From a virus: a stretch of 64,000 bases of DNA. Position numbers and translations under genes: made by a program. Below, piece after piece: positions 1 through 10,914 of the stretch. Numbering within the stretch: the stretch's first letter is position 1; every line of letters begins with the position of its first letter. The notes below the pieces were generated by a model, which was given only the letters and a program-made list of their open reading frames with translations, was not told where the DNA came from and did no database searches. The stretch covers positions 9,831-73,830 of the IMG/VR virus record IMGVR_UViG_3300048442_000818. The stretch is one strand, 5' to 3'.

Positions 1-243
1 TGGAAAAAAATATCTGATTCATATACATGGAGTCAGATGGATATAGTTAAAGACTATATTGATGAACTAGAAAAAATTCCTCTTTCTCCGGTTTGTAAGG
101 GTCTTGTTGATAAAATCATTAAAAATGATTCAGCAGAATTTATTAAAGTTTATGCATTATCTAGTGCTTTAAATTCAACTGATAAAAAATCTAAGAGGTA
201 TAAAATTGCTCGTGAAATCTTTGACACTATCTTCGACAACTAA
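1..243 (+). CDS. C-terminal end of rIIA-like protein (partial, open from window edge)
   Basis: Frame open from base 1 to TAA at 243; lies immediately upstream of rIIB-like gene as in N4-like phages. Confidence 0.6.
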   Translation, partial: WKKISDSYTWSQMDIVKDYIDELEKIPLSPVCKGLVDKIIKNDSAEFIKVYALSSALNSTDKKSKRYKIAREIFDTIFDN

Positions 244-254
244 GGAATATAACC

Positions 255-1949
255 ATGAGTAAAGTGATTGTCCGTATTGTTGCTATTGTTGTAGATAAGC
301 AACACCTAACCATGTACAAGGAAGACGGTGATACCATTATCATTCGTCAAGGTGATCATCGTGTACGGAAAATTGTAGATGAGGTCACACCTATTATCGC
401 TAAACAAGGATATGCAGATATTGATCTGTCCTCTGAATACAGTAACCCATACCAACGCTTTGAGGAGAAATCGAACGGTTCTGTTCGTTTGTTCCGTGTA
501 GCTAAAAACAAATTGAAAAGTTTGTTTGGTATGGATAACGATGAAAAACCTGTTGAAGTTGCTTCTATTGGAGTTGTACCTCATAAAGACTTTGATCAGG
601 CGAAAGGTGAAAACCTCCACAACGCAGTAAATGAAATCATTGAAAATGCTGTTTCTGTTAGTGATCCCTCATTTAATGAGGAAAGTGTATCCCAACAAGG
701 TAAAATTACTGATAAGGAAAAACGTGGTTCAACGGAAGAATCTAATTACAGTGATACTGTTGTAGCACTTGTGAATGGTAAGATCATTCCCGGTATGGAA
801 AAAATCAAATCCCAGTTTGCTCGTGCAACTAAATTAGGTTCAACCAAAGGTGTAGAGAATTTCCTACTTCGCCTTAGTTCTGTAATTGACGAACGTAAGC
901 ACTCTGTGGATGATCTGCTCAATTTCATGGAACGCGGTGATCTACCTATTGCTGATGATGGTTCCATACTGGTCTATAAAGTTCTACGTACAACATCTGA
1001 AAAAGATGTGTTTGTAGACTGTCATTCCAAGAAAGTAAAACAATGGGTTGGTGCTTATGTTTGTATGGATCCATCCATGGTAGACCATGATCGCCGTAAG
1101 GCATGTTCTAACGGTCTGCATATTGCCCGCCGTGGTTACCTCTCTGGTGGCTTCACAGGTGATGTTTGTGTGCTTGCTAAGCTTGCACCTGAAGATGTGA
1201 TTGCTGTTCCTGAGTACGACGCAGATAAGCTCAGGGCTTGTGGTTATCACATCATTGGTCTGCTCAGTGATGAACACCATCAGCTCATTAAAAACCATAA
1301 GCCGATCAGTGAAACCACTAAAGGTAAGATCATTATTGGTAAAGCTATTGCTGGTGAGCATATTGGTAAAACACATGAAGTTCGTATTACCAAACAACAA
1401 GGTGAAGGTGTCATTGTTACAGAGTTAATCAAAGACGCTAAGCCAGTTAAGACTACCAAAGCTAAACCAGTAGATGCTCTATCTGATGTGGATGAAGAAA
1501 CCAATGATGAAGTTGTTGATCCCAAAAAAGTAGCAAAAGACTTCAATGATCTCACTCGTAAAGAACAAGTTAACAGACTTGTTGAACAAATTAACACTAT
1601 GTTCAAGCGTGAACAGTGGGAAGAAGTAAAAGCACTTTGGGTTGTATTGCAAAGTACTAAACGTAAAAGCAAAGTGAGTTGGGAAAAATTAGGTGTTAGC
1701 TCTGCATTCCTAAAATCTATGGATTCTGTAGTTAAGCACTCTAACTCAGTTAAAGAAATTCCCAAAGCTATTCCTAACAAACCAATCAATAAAACAAAAA
1801 GAGAAATCATTCATGAAATGATTCCACCAACTACTAAACAACAAGCTCTTGATATTATTTCTATCAAAAAGAAAGCTAAAAAAAGTTGGTCTAGTTTGGG
1901 AGTTACGGAAGAGCAAGTTAAACATATTGAGTCAATGTCTCAAAAATAG
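255..1949 (+). CDS. rIIB: rIIB-like protein
   Basis: rIIB motifs LPIADDGSILVYK, DCHS, CSNGLH, PEDVIAVP-YD--KLRAC-Y. Confidence 0.85.
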   Translation: MSKVIVRIVAIVVDKQHLTMYKEDGDTIIIRQGDHRVRKIVDEVTPIIAKQGYADIDLSSEYSNPYQRFEEKSNGSVRLFRVAKNKLKSLFGMDNDEKPVEVASIGVVPHKDFDQAKGENLHNAVNEIIENAVSVSDPSFNEESVSQQGKITDKEKRGSTEESNYSDTVVALVNGKIIPGMEKIKSQFARATKLGSTKGVENFLLRLSSVIDERKHSVDDLLNFMERGDLPIADDGSILVYKVLRTTSEKDVFVDCHSKKVKQWVGAYVCMDPSMVDHDRRKACSNGLHIARRGYLSGGFTGDVCVLAKLAPEDVIAVPEYDADKLRACGYHIIGLLSDEHHQLIKNHKPISETTKGKIIIGKAIAGEHIGKTHEVRITKQQGEGVIVTELIKDAKPVKTTKAKPVDALSDVDEETNDEVVDPKKVAKDFNDLTRKEQVNRLVEQINTMFKREQWEEVKALWVVLQSTKRKSKVSWEKLGVSSAFLKSMDSVVKHSNSVKEIPKAIPNKPINKTKREIIHEMIPPTTKQQALDIISIKKKAKKSWSSLGVTEEQVKHIESMSQK

Positions 1950-1958
1950 TCCCTTCCG

Positions 1959-1993
1959 GGATACCTCTAGTTAAAGTTATACTGGGGGTATCC
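1959..1993 (+). promoter_or_regulatory. Intergenic hairpin without U-tract (processing/stabilising site?)
   Basis: GGATACCTCTAGT...ACTGGGGGTATCC inverted repeat with G-U pairs. Confidence 0.4.
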
Positions 1994-2021
1994 TCATTAC
2001 TGAACCAGAAAGGAAAGCACC

Positions 2022-2438
2022 ATGTCTAATGCCTATCGTGCAAACCGTAAGGCGTCTGACGCTGACATCATTCGCTTGAACAGCGTAGGGCTGTCCCTGG
2101 CGACGATTGCCCGAGCGTTAGACTGTCACCCCACAACGATCACTTTACGCCTCAGATCACTGAACATTGCCCCTGCTGATACACGTCGTTCTTTCATGGA
2201 GGACGTGTTTCTTTCCTTGGATCTACCAACCCAAGAGTGGTTAGCCGATGAGCTAAGCTCAGGCATGTCTGTGAAAGAGTATGTACGTGAATTAATCGTT
2301 CAAGAGCACCAACGACACCTTAAACCTAAGGAGAAACAATCTAATGAGCACTCTCTACAACATTCACGAATGGTTTCAGAAAGCGGTACCCCAACCGACG
2401 GGCAAGAATCTAGCAGTACAAACGGGAGTACATCTTGA
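2022..2438 (+). CDS. Helix-turn-helix DNA-binding protein conserved in N4-like phages
   Basis: GLSLATIARALDCHPTTITLRL HTH; SD AAGGA upstream. Confidence 0.7.
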   Translation: MSNAYRANRKASDADIIRLNSVGLSLATIARALDCHPTTITLRLRSLNIAPADTRRSFMEDVFLSLDLPTQEWLADELSSGMSVKEYVRELIVQEHQRHLKPKEKQSNEHSLQHSRMVSESGTPTDGQESSSTNGSTS

Positions 2439-2784
2439 AGAAGTATGTGAATTCGTAAGGGAAATGCGTACTAATGATCTTCATGCTAGAGCATTGATTA
2501 AAAATCTAAATGATAGTTTAAATGATCTAGCTGATTATCTTAAAACTAAAGACATTCAAATTGAATTCCCTGATCCAGTAGAAACACTGGATGCTTTGTG
2601 TGATCAAATTGTCACTTCCGTGGGCATTGGTTACATGCTTGATATGGATGTTCCTGGTGGTACAGAGGAAGTCACAGATTCTAATTGGTCCAAGTTTGTC
2701 GATTATGAACCACAATTCGATGAAAACGGTAAAATTGACAAAGGACCGGACTACTTCAAACCAGATCTCACCTCTTATGTTTAA
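2344..2784 (+). CDS. MazG-like NTP pyrophosphohydrolase
   Basis: HLEEVCE...ETLDALCDQIV...SNWSK...ENGKI-KGPDYFKPDL pattern. Confidence 0.75.
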   Translation: MSTLYNIHEWFQKAVPQPTGKNLAVQTGVHLEEVCEFVREMRTNDLHARALIKNLNDSLNDLADYLKTKDIQIEFPDPVETLDALCDQIVTSVGIGYMLDMDVPGGTEEVTDSNWSKFVDYEPQFDENGKIDKGPDYFKPDLTSYV

Positions 2785-2836
2785 TACTTAACAAGTTTGG
2801 GGATCCTTTTCTGGATCCCCCTCAAGGATAATTCCC

Positions 2837-4141
2837 ATGAATCAAGATTCTCGTGATCCTTTGAACCAAGGACAACAGGCCGCTGCTGACGGTTTTTTTC
2901 AGTTTCTCTTTGACGAAGGAAACGAGTTAATTATCAGTGGTCCTGGTGGTGTAGGTAAAACTTTCCTTATGGGTCATCTCATTGATGAGATTATGCCCAG
3001 ATACCATGAGACCTGTGCCTTGATGGGTATCAAAGCTCACTACCAAGATGTGGTGATGACCGCCACCACCAACCAAGCAGCAGAAGTTTTAGGTGCTGCT
3101 ACCGGTAGACCTGCCACTACCATTCATTCCTTTCTTAACCTGAAAGTCACAGATGATTATGCTACTGGTAGAAGTATCTTAACTAAAACAGCAAACTGGA
3201 AAGTACACCATAACCTAATTATTTTTATTGATGAGGCTTATATGACTGATCGTGCTCTGTTGGCAAAATTACGGGAAGGTACACATAATTGTAAGATCGT
3301 ATTTGTTGGTGATCATTGTCAGTTGGCTCCCATCATGGAACCAGTAAGTGCAATATCCACACAGAACTTACCTTTCTATGAACTAACTGAACCAATGCGC
3401 AATGGTGCTCAACCTGCATTAATGAGAGTTTGCCAACAATTACGAAACACTGTTGAGACTGGTGATTTTCATCCAATACAAATTGTTCCCGGTGTCATTG
3501 ATTACCTTGATAATGCTGAAATGGAACAAGAAGTAAATAGAGTCTTTACAGATCCAAACACTAATTCCCGTATCCTGGCTTATACCAATGCTCGTGTAGT
3601 GGCATATAACGATCATATTCGGGATATCCGTCAGCTAACTGAAACGTATACTCTGAATGAAAAACTAATTAATAACTCAGCAATTCGTATGCGTAACGGT
3701 ATGCTGTCTGTTCAAGAAGAAGTTGAGATTATCCATCTTGATCATTCTTCACATAACGTAGAGATTGCTGAAGATGTGTTCCTACAGGTTATTGCGGCAG
3801 ATATCAAAACACGTTTTGGTGATATCTATAAAGGTGTTCATTTACCTGTTGATAAAGACCACTTCAACGCTTTAATTAAATTCTATCGCAGACAAAAGAA
3901 CTGGAATCGTTATTTCTATCTTAAAAATAACTTTCCTGATCTACGCCCGCGTGATGCGGTAACCGTACACAAAGCTCAAGGTAGTACCTTTGATTCTGTA
4001 TTTATTGATCTCGGTAACCTATCTACTTGTCACAATCCCAATCAAGCTGCTCGACTGCTGTACGTGGCTTTTACTCGTGCTTGCGGTAGAGTAGTGCTCT
4101 ACGGGAAACTGGCTGATAAGTACGGAGGGGTTATCCAATAG
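2837..4141 (+). CDS. SF1B (Dda/RecD-like) DNA helicase
   Basis: Walker A GPGGVGKT, IDEA, GD--QL, TVHKAQGST, LYVAFTRA. Confidence 0.92.
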   Translation: MNQDSRDPLNQGQQAAADGFFQFLFDEGNELIISGPGGVGKTFLMGHLIDEIMPRYHETCALMGIKAHYQDVVMTATTNQAAEVLGAATGRPATTIHSFLNLKVTDDYATGRSILTKTANWKVHHNLIIFIDEAYMTDRALLAKLREGTHNCKIVFVGDHCQLAPIMEPVSAISTQNLPFYELTEPMRNGAQPALMRVCQQLRNTVETGDFHPIQIVPGVIDYLDNAEMEQEVNRVFTDPNTNSRILAYTNARVVAYNDHIRDIRQLTETYTLNEKLINNSAIRMRNGMLSVQEEVEIIHLDHSSHNVEIAEDVFLQVIAADIKTRFGDIYKGVHLPVDKDHFNALIKFYRRQKNWNRYFYLKNNFPDLRPRDAVTVHKAQGSTFDSVFIDLGNLSTCHNPNQAARLLYVAFTRACGRVVLYGKLADKYGGVIQ

Positions 4142-4150
4142 GAGTTAATC

Positions 4151-4657
4151 ATGGGAGATGGTCAAATCCTCCAATGGATAGAAAGTATAAAAAGACAATT
4201 GTTCAAAGCTGAGCTTAGACGACATAACGAAATCATTGAAGAACTTAATGAACGTAATTCAAAAATCAAACAAATTCAATATATAGGATTTACTCATAGA
4301 GGTGATTTCTTCATTCCAAAAAGCTGTCAACATATAAGAATAAAACCAAAGTTACCAACATTAGCTTTTGAATTAATACCAGAAGCTGAAAAATTCTTTT
4401 TAGAGCTGGATAAATTTAATTTGGATAGTAAACAGATACACCAGATACTTTTTAAGCTGCTAAACCCTTGTATGGATAAGCAAGATATAAGAGACGCTTT
4501 GCCTGAGTGTATTGTCGCTTTATTTCCAAAACTTTCAGCTATAGAAAGAAGAAATGAACCTCAATGGTCTATCAGAAATAACCCTCGTGCTATAAAAGAG
4601 TATCAAAAAATACTCCCCAAAATTGAAATGTATTCGATGTCTCGTTTGCTGTATTAA
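4151..4657 (+). CDS. Hypothetical protein between helicase and polymerase (N4 gp38-like position)
   Basis: 168-aa ORF with SD AGGAG; synteny. Confidence 0.65.
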   Translation: MGDGQILQWIESIKRQLFKAELRRHNEIIEELNERNSKIKQIQYIGFTHRGDFFIPKSCQHIRIKPKLPTLAFELIPEAEKFFLELDKFNLDSKQIHQILFKLLNPCMDKQDIRDALPECIVALFPKLSAIERRNEPQWSIRNNPRAIKEYQKILPKIEMYSMSRLLY

Positions 4658-4666
4658 GGAACTGCC

Positions 4667-7264
4667 ATGCGTTACCTGACGCTCACCGATCAAGAACAAC
4701 CCAGCTATCCTCTAGCGCTATTGGTTCCCACTATCCGTAAAAACGAAATTCAACAAGAATATATAGATCCTTTTGGTATTCCTTATGAAGATGTGTTGAT
4801 CATGGATCTTCACTACTCTCAGATTAAAAAGAAAACTCCTGTATCTGAAATCAAGGAGTATATCAAAAGTGAACTCGTACCGGCATTAACAGATATCAAA
4901 ACTAAATATATTGTTGTTGCTGACGGGGATTATTTTAAAGTACTCACAGGTGTTACCAAAGTAGAAGTAAATTTGGGTTATGTCTTAGATTGTGCTTTTG
5001 GTCCGTGGAAAGTTATCTACGTACCAAACTATCGATCTATTTTTTATGACCCAGAAAAAGTACGCAATAAAATTAAACAAGGCATGGATGCTTTGATTAG
5101 TCATGCTTCTAACCAGTATGTTGAACCGGGGAATAGTATTATTCACTTTGCTGAGTACCCCCGAACCAATAAGGAAATTCAGCAATGGTTAGATAAACTT
5201 CTTGAGATGGATTGTGATCTAGCTATCGATATCGAAGCATTCGATTTGAAGCACCATAAAGCTGGTATCGGTACGATTACCTTCTGTTGGAATAAGCATG
5301 AAGGTATTGCTTTCCCTGTTGATTACGTAGAAATCCCAGGCGCTACAGAAGCACCTTTCGGTAAGCAGGTTAGAAATGATTCTATTCGTCAGATGCTGCG
5401 GATATTTTTTGAGCAGTATGTGCAGAAAGTAATTTACCACAATATCACTTATGACGTGTATATTTTGATTTATGAACTATACATGACAGAAATTCTTGAT
5501 ACTAAGGGATTACTTAAAGGTATTGAGGTATTGCTCAAAAACTGGGATGACACTAAGCTAATTACTTATTTAGCAACAAACTCATGTTCCGGTAATAAAT
5601 TATCTCTTAAAGATCAAGCACAAGAATTTGCTGGTAACTATGCTAAAAGTGATATCTACGATATTACAAGAATACCTTTACCAGATCTTTTGAAATATAA
5701 CCTTGTAGATGGTTTATCAACTTGGTATGTCCACGAGAAACATTGGAATACTATGATTGCTGATAAACAAGGTGATATATACGAAAGCCTGTTTAAAAAA
5801 GCTGCTACTGATATCATCCAAATGCAGCTTACAGGTATGCCTATTAACATGGATGAGGTTAAACGTGTAAAGAGTATTCTTGAAAGTGACGAAAAGAAAG
5901 CACTAGATACGCTGCACAGCAGTTCAATAGTTCAGCAATACACTTATCGTATGAACGAGAATTGGGTTAAATGGAAGAACTCCACACTTAAAAAGAAAAG
6001 AGTTACTTTGGCTGATGCTAAGGAAGTATTTAATCCAAACTCAAATCCTCAATTACAAGATTTACTCTATAATATGCTTGGTTTACCTGTCTTATCTTTA
6101 ACAGACAGTAAACAACCTTCAACAGATAAAGATACTATTAAAGCTCTGTTGAATCATACAAGTGACAAATTCATTAAAGAGTTCCTTAAAGCTTTACAGG
6201 ATTTTTCTGCTGTTACCAAGATCCTCAGTAGCTTTATTCCAGCAATGGAAAATGCTGCTCAAGGATCTGATGGTTGGCATTACCTGTTTGGGAACTTTAA
6301 CCTCGGTGGAACAGTGTCAGGCCGGTTAAGTAGTTCAGATCCAAACCTACAAAACCTTCCTGCCACTGGGTCCAGATACGCCAAACTGATCAAGGGCTGC
6401 TTCCAGGCTCCTCCTGGTTGGCTCTTCTGTGGTCTGGATTTTGCATCCTTGGAAGACCGCATTTCAGCGCTTACCACCAAGGATCCTAACAAGCTTGCTG
6501 TCTACCTTGATGGGTATGATGGTCACAGTCTCCGTGCCTACACATACTTTAGTGAGCAGATGCCGGATATTGATCCTGACTCAGTAGAAAGTATTAACTC
6601 GATCCAAGAAAAATATAAGAGTTACCGACAAGAAAGTAAGGCACCGACATTTGCACTAACGTACCAAGGAACCTTCAAAACACTCATGACCAATTGCGGT
6701 TTCTCCGAAGAAGACGCTAAGATCATTGAGGCACGTTACCACGAGCTTTATCAGGTCAGTGACGCTTGGGTACAGGATAAGCTGAACCAAGCAAGCAAGG
6801 ACGGTTATGTCACTGTGGCGTTCGGTTTACGGGTAAGGACACCACTGCTTAAGCAGGTAGTCATGGGTAACAGCAAAACACCTTATGAAGCTATGGCAGA
6901 AGGCAGAACAGCAGGTAATGCATTAGGTCAATCATGGTGCTTACTGAATAGCCGAGCTAGTGGTGAGTTTATGGAAAAGGTGCGCAAAAGTGAGCACAGA
7001 CTAAATATTCGTCCTTGTGCTCATATCCATGATGCCCAGTATATGTTAGTGAAAGATGATATTAGTGCGGTGCTTTATGCTAACAAACATCTTGTTAAAG
7101 CAGTAGAATGGCAAGAGCACCCCGATATCGCTCACGATGAGGTTAAGCTGGGTGGGGAGTTTTCAATCTTCTGGCCTGATTGGTCAAAGGAGATTACTAT
7201 CCCCAATGGAGCCACCGAATCAGTTGTTAGATCTGTAATCGAAAACCATCTGTTATCGGAGTAG
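4667..7264 (+). CDS. Family A DNA polymerase with 3'-5' exonuclease and N-terminal UDG-like region
   Basis: ExoI AIDIEA, ExoII HNITYD; GRLSSSDPNLQN; motif A DFASLE, motif B R---K---F---Y, motif C HD. Confidence 0.95.
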   Translation: MRYLTLTDQEQPSYPLALLVPTIRKNEIQQEYIDPFGIPYEDVLIMDLHYSQIKKKTPVSEIKEYIKSELVPALTDIKTKYIVVADGDYFKVLTGVTKVEVNLGYVLDCAFGPWKVIYVPNYRSIFYDPEKVRNKIKQGMDALISHASNQYVEPGNSIIHFAEYPRTNKEIQQWLDKLLEMDCDLAIDIEAFDLKHHKAGIGTITFCWNKHEGIAFPVDYVEIPGATEAPFGKQVRNDSIRQMLRIFFEQYVQKVIYHNITYDVYILIYELYMTEILDTKGLLKGIEVLLKNWDDTKLITYLATNSCSGNKLSLKDQAQEFAGNYAKSDIYDITRIPLPDLLKYNLVDGLSTWYVHEKHWNTMIADKQGDIYESLFKKAATDIIQMQLTGMPINMDEVKRVKSILESDEKKALDTLHSSSIVQQYTYRMNENWVKWKNSTLKKKRVTLADAKEVFNPNSNPQLQDLLYNMLGLPVLSLTDSKQPSTDKDTIKALLNHTSDKFIKEFLKALQDFSAVTKILSSFIPAMENAAQGSDGWHYLFGNFNLGGTVSGRLSSSDPNLQNLPATGSRYAKLIKGCFQAPPGWLFCGLDFASLEDRISALTTKDPNKLAVYLDGYDGHSLRAYTYFSEQMPDIDPDSVESINSIQEKYKSYRQESKAPTFALTYQGTFKTLMTNCGFSEEDAKIIEARYHELYQVSDAWVQDKLNQASKDGYVTVAFGLRVRTPLLKQVVMGNSKTPYEAMAEGRTAGNALGQSWCLLNSRASGEFMEKVRKSEHRLNIRPCAHIHDAQYMLVKDDISAVLYANKHLVKAVEWQEHPDIAHDEVKLGGEFSIFWPDWSKEITIPNGATESVVRSVIENHLLSE

Positions 7265-7299
7265 TGCTGTACCTTAGTCTAAATAAAGGGGATCAGTCC

Positions 7300-7632
7300 A
7301 TGTCTGCAAAGCCTACCCCATTTAAACGGGGACAGACTTTTAGTTTCCTGTTGGAAATACCTGCTGAAATTGATGATGGAGCTTTGAACAGTTGGAAACC
7401 AACTGCTCAATTGCGTCGAGAACGTGATAACACTCCTACCGGTAAAATTGCTGATATGAACTGCTTTTGGGCAGATCCAGGTATCAACAGATATCTAACT
7501 GTATATCACAATAACACAGGTAGCTGGCCTTTGGGTTTAGCAGAATTCGATGTTTTGCTTACTTCATCTGATGGTCAGCAGTTACGATCTACAACAGCAC
7601 TTTTCGATATTCAAAGAGGTATCACAAAATGA
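7300..7632 (+). CDS. Small tail/fibre-associated beta-sandwich adaptor protein
   Basis: ATG 7300 with SD AAGGGG; KRGQTF...AQLR...W--G---FDV...S-T pattern typical of genes preceding fibres. Confidence 0.55.
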   Translation: MSAKPTPFKRGQTFSFLLEIPAEIDDGALNSWKPTAQLRRERDNTPTGKIADMNCFWADPGINRYLTVYHNNTGSWPLGLAEFDVLLTSSDGQQLRSTTALFDIQRGITK

Positions 7633-8768
7633 GTATTTCCCCTTCTGCACTGGAGGGGTTAAGCCTCTCCTTAGTTGGTACTCCCATTCAAGGGCCTCCA
7701 GGGAACCAAGGTCAAAAAGGTGACAAGGGTGACCCTGGTCCTGCTGGTCCTCAAGGCATAAAAGGAGATAAAGGCGATACCGGTGATACCGGACCCAAGG
7801 GGGATACTGGTTATCCTGGTCCTCAGGGTATCCAAGGCCCAATTGGACCAGAAGGTCCACAAGGCCCTCAGGGTCCACAAGGTGAAAAAGGTGATTCAGG
7901 TCAAGGTCTGATACCCCGTGGTGATTTTGTTTTAGGTGAAACTTATAACCCAAATGAGTATGTATTCTCCCTTGGTTCTGGGGGTGTTACATCTATGTTC
8001 ATTTGCCAATCTACAGTTTCATTTGTTGCAGATGAAACACCATTAAATGACCCCACTAATTGGACCGAATTTGAAGCACCAGCCGGTGCTGATGGTAAGT
8101 CTGTTGAGTTACAAAAAAATGCTACGCATATCCAATGGCGCCAGGAAGGTGGTAATTGGCAAGATCTTATTGCTGTAGCCGATCTTCAAGGACCACAGGG
8201 CATTCAGGGTGAGCAAGGCCCTGCTGGTGACCCTGGAACGGATGGTATAGATGGTGAAGACGGTAAGACCATCTACACTGTGTCCGGTGCTCCAAGTGCT
8301 GCTACAGGCGTTGATGGTGATTACGCTATTGATCCAACTGCACAAATGTTCTATGGCCCTAAAGACTCTGGATCCTGGCCTGCTGGTGTCAGTATTAAAG
8401 GGGAAAAAGGTGATCCTGGGGATGGTACTACTGTTGATGAAAGTCAGTTCCTTAAAAAAGTAACACCACCCATTGTTCAATCAGGTACTGCACTGACTGT
8501 TACCGCTGCTTGGACAGGTGAAGTTGTTGAGTTAACGGCTGCCACTAACCAAACAATCACACTTCCAGAAGATGCTACAGAAAACTTACCTGTTGGTTCC
8601 CAAGGTGTATTTTGGGTAACAGGTGATGGTGTACCAACTTTCCAAATTGAGGGTACAGATCAACTTATCTCGTTCAATGATTTAGTAACCGCTGCTGGTA
8701 AAAACAGTTGGGTTACATGGTACAAAGCCGCATCTGGTCGTTGGACTCTTGGAGGACAGTTAGCATGA
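7629..8768 (+). CDS. Collagen-like tail fibre protein
   Basis: Multiple (Gly-X-Y)n tracts; phage fibre motifs GAP---G-DGD--ID-----YGPK--W. Confidence 0.85.
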   Translation: MSISPSALEGLSLSLVGTPIQGPPGNQGQKGDKGDPGPAGPQGIKGDKGDTGDTGPKGDTGYPGPQGIQGPIGPEGPQGPQGPQGEKGDSGQGLIPRGDFVLGETYNPNEYVFSLGSGGVTSMFICQSTVSFVADETPLNDPTNWTEFEAPAGADGKSVELQKNATHIQWRQEGGNWQDLIAVADLQGPQGIQGEQGPAGDPGTDGIDGEDGKTIYTVSGAPSAATGVDGDYAIDPTAQMFYGPKDSGSWPAGVSIKGEKGDPGDGTTVDESQFLKKVTPPIVQSGTALTVTAAWTGEVVELTAATNQTITLPEDATENLPVGSQGVFWVTGDGVPTFQIEGTDQLISFNDLVTAAGKNSWVTWYKAASGRWTLGGQLA

Positions 8769-10435
8769 TGTTACCAATGCTCCATGGATTATTGTCCTCT
8801 AAAGCAGGTATTGTACCCCCAGCTGAAGCTGAAGCACCTACTGGTTTCTTAACAGGTGATACTCTTATTGAATCAAGCACATCAACACTAACACCTGCAC
8901 GTCCTGTAGGTGGAGGTGATGGTACATATTATGCCTGGATTATGCACCGAGACACTCTGACTTTACCTGCTGGTTGGGAAGAAGTAGCTACTCAGTTTGT
9001 TGGTAATCAGGAACTAAACCAAGCACTGACAGTAGCTAAAGCCCCTGCGTCAGTAACTAATATGACTTTTACCCAAGCAAGTGCTCAACGGTTTCTCGGT
9101 GTGGTTTTAGAAACAATAGGTGGTAGTGATTGGATTGAAACAATTACAAGCCAAGATGGTATTAATGTAAATGGTTGGCATGTTGGGTCAACAATCACAC
9201 CTCCCGGTAAAGGTATTGTTATGTCGGGTAGTTGCTCCACCCTTGCAAATACTAGTGGAGCAACTGAATATATGAGTACTCTACCTAGAATTACTCCTTA
9301 TGATGTTGACGATAACCGTCTCTGTGTTGCTACAGGTAATGTAGTTAAAAATAATGAAGTAACACCAGAATTTTATTCTGAACCTTCTAATACCGAATTA
9401 GCAGAAATTTCTATCACTTTAACCGATAATTCAGAAACTCCAGAAGAATTTTCAACAATACCTTTTATTACTCGATGGAAAGCTGGGGCATTTGGTGAAG
9501 ACTTTATAGTGTTACCTCTAGTTTCAGGTGGTAATTATGATTTTTGGGTAGATTGGGGTTTTGGGGTAGTAGACCATATAACATCCTATGATGATGCTAA
9601 AAACTCATTTCCATTTGCCGACAGCAGTACACCAACATATGATGTTAAAATTTATGGTGAATGTGATCGTTGGCAATTTGGCAGTGTTTCTGCTGCCAGA
9701 GATTCATTTAAAGATGTCATTCAATGGGGTGATGTTGAGTGGTCTACTTGTTTTGAAATGTTTAATAATGTTGATTTTGGTGTAGATGTACTTACCGCCA
9801 CAGATATACCGAATACCACAAATGTAACTGATTTTAGTTATATGTTTGCTCAAAGTAACGGCTTGACAGTTGCGCCCGACCTAGATATGGGTCAGGCTTT
9901 AAACGCTAGTAATATGTTTTATCTGTCAGACATAGAACAGACACCGTACTACAACACCGCGCTTTGCCAAGACTTCGGGTATATGTTCTACGGCCTGAAC
10001 AATTTATCTGGGTTTGGTGGTCTGGATACTTCATCCGCAATTGAAACCAATGACATGTTTTTTGACTGCGAGGGTCTAACCTCCGTCAATATAAATACAA
10101 CCACAGTTGAAAATTTCTCAGGCATGTTTGCCAATAACGCAAGCATTATAGACTGCGGTACGTTAGACATAGGTAACAATGGTAGTACTATCCTCAACGT
10201 TTTCAATAATACCATTAACCTAACAACTTTCCGCATATTAAATGCCAATTCCGAGCTGCAATTAGAAGATACTGCCGTAACTTGGGCAACTATATCGCAG
10301 CTTTGGGATGATCTACCTGTTGTAAGTGGAGAGCTTTACCATAGGATTAATATACAAGGCACTCCAGCAGTGTCCGATCCAAACTACGATCCTCAACCGG
10401 CCATAGATAAAGGATGGACAGTTACAGACGCATAA
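8765..10435 (+). CDS. Putative receptor-binding/adhesin protein with DUF285/BspA-like repeats
   Basis: ATGA overlap with upstream stop; VDWG PKD-like motif, QWG motif, repeated [10 protein letters not shown]-type units. Confidence 0.7.
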   Translation: MMLPMLHGLLSSKAGIVPPAEAEAPTGFLTGDTLIESSTSTLTPARPVGGGDGTYYAWIMHRDTLTLPAGWEEVATQFVGNQELNQALTVAKAPASVTNMTFTQASAQRFLGVVLETIGGSDWIETITSQDGINVNGWHVGSTITPPGKGIVMSGSCSTLANTSGATEYMSTLPRITPYDVDDNRLCVATGNVVKNNEVTPEFYSEPSNTELAEISITLTDNSETPEEFSTIPFITRWKAGAFGEDFIVLPLVSGGNYDFWVDWGFGVVDHITSYDDAKNSFPFADSSTPTYDVKIYGECDRWQFGSVSAARDSFKDVIQWGDVEWSTCFEMFNNVDFGVDVLTATDIPNTTNVTDFSYMFAQSNGLTVAPDLDMGQALNASNMFYLSDIEQTPYYNTALCQDFGYMFYGLNNLSGFGGLDTSSAIETNDMFFDCEGLTSVNINTTTVENFSGMFANNASIIDCGTLDIGNNGSTILNVFNNTINLTTFRILNANSELQLEDTAVTWATISQLWDDLPVVSGELYHRINIQGTPAVSDPNYDPQPAIDKGWTVTDA

Positions 10436-10487
10436 GCTTACTGGTAAAGTGGTAGACCTTTTTCTGGTTCTACTGCTGAACTCACCC

Positions 10488-10512
10488 AGGGGGTCTAAGG
10501 ATCCCCTTTTTT
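10488..10512 (+). terminator. Rho-independent terminator
   Basis: AGGGGGTC-TAAG-GATCCCCT followed by T-tract. Confidence 0.7.
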
Positions 10513-10530
10513 AACTCTGGAGATGTACTA

Positions 10531-10914
10531 ATGAATGATCCCACTCTCAAACACCACCATCATCTTATTACCGGTGAAATTGTATTTACTGGTAATAATG
10601 ATGAGGTTAATGCTATCCGAGTTAACGGAGTACTTATCGATCCTGAAATCAGTATTCCTACCCGTTTACTTGGCAAAGCTCAGCAAATTCTTCAGTTAAA
10701 TTTCCATCAGAAAATGCAAGACGATAAAATCAAAGTTCTTGATGTTATCTTACTAAACTTCACCTATTTAGGTCATATGACTCAAGAAGAGTTTCATAAA
10801 GACCCTGAGGGTATGAAGCGTCAAGAGAAGAAAGAATCTGCTGAAAATAAACCAGATCTTTCTGTTGTTGGAACCAAAGAGGGGAACGACAATGGTTCAG
10901 AAGGCCAAGAATAA
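10531..10914 (+). CDS. Hypothetical protein, N4-like replication region
   Basis: 127-aa ORF with SD GGAG. Confidence 0.65.
   Translation: MNDPTLKHHHHLITGEIVFTGNNDEVNAIRVNGVLIDPEISIPTRLLGKAQQILQLNFHQKMQDDKIKVLDVILLNFTYLGHMTQEEFHKDPEGMKRQEKKESAENKPDLSVVGTKEGNDNGSEGQE

Noticed and set aside
7629-10435. Diversity-generating retroelement acting on the fibre genes
   Set aside because: No reverse transcriptase and no template/variable repeat pair seen in the window
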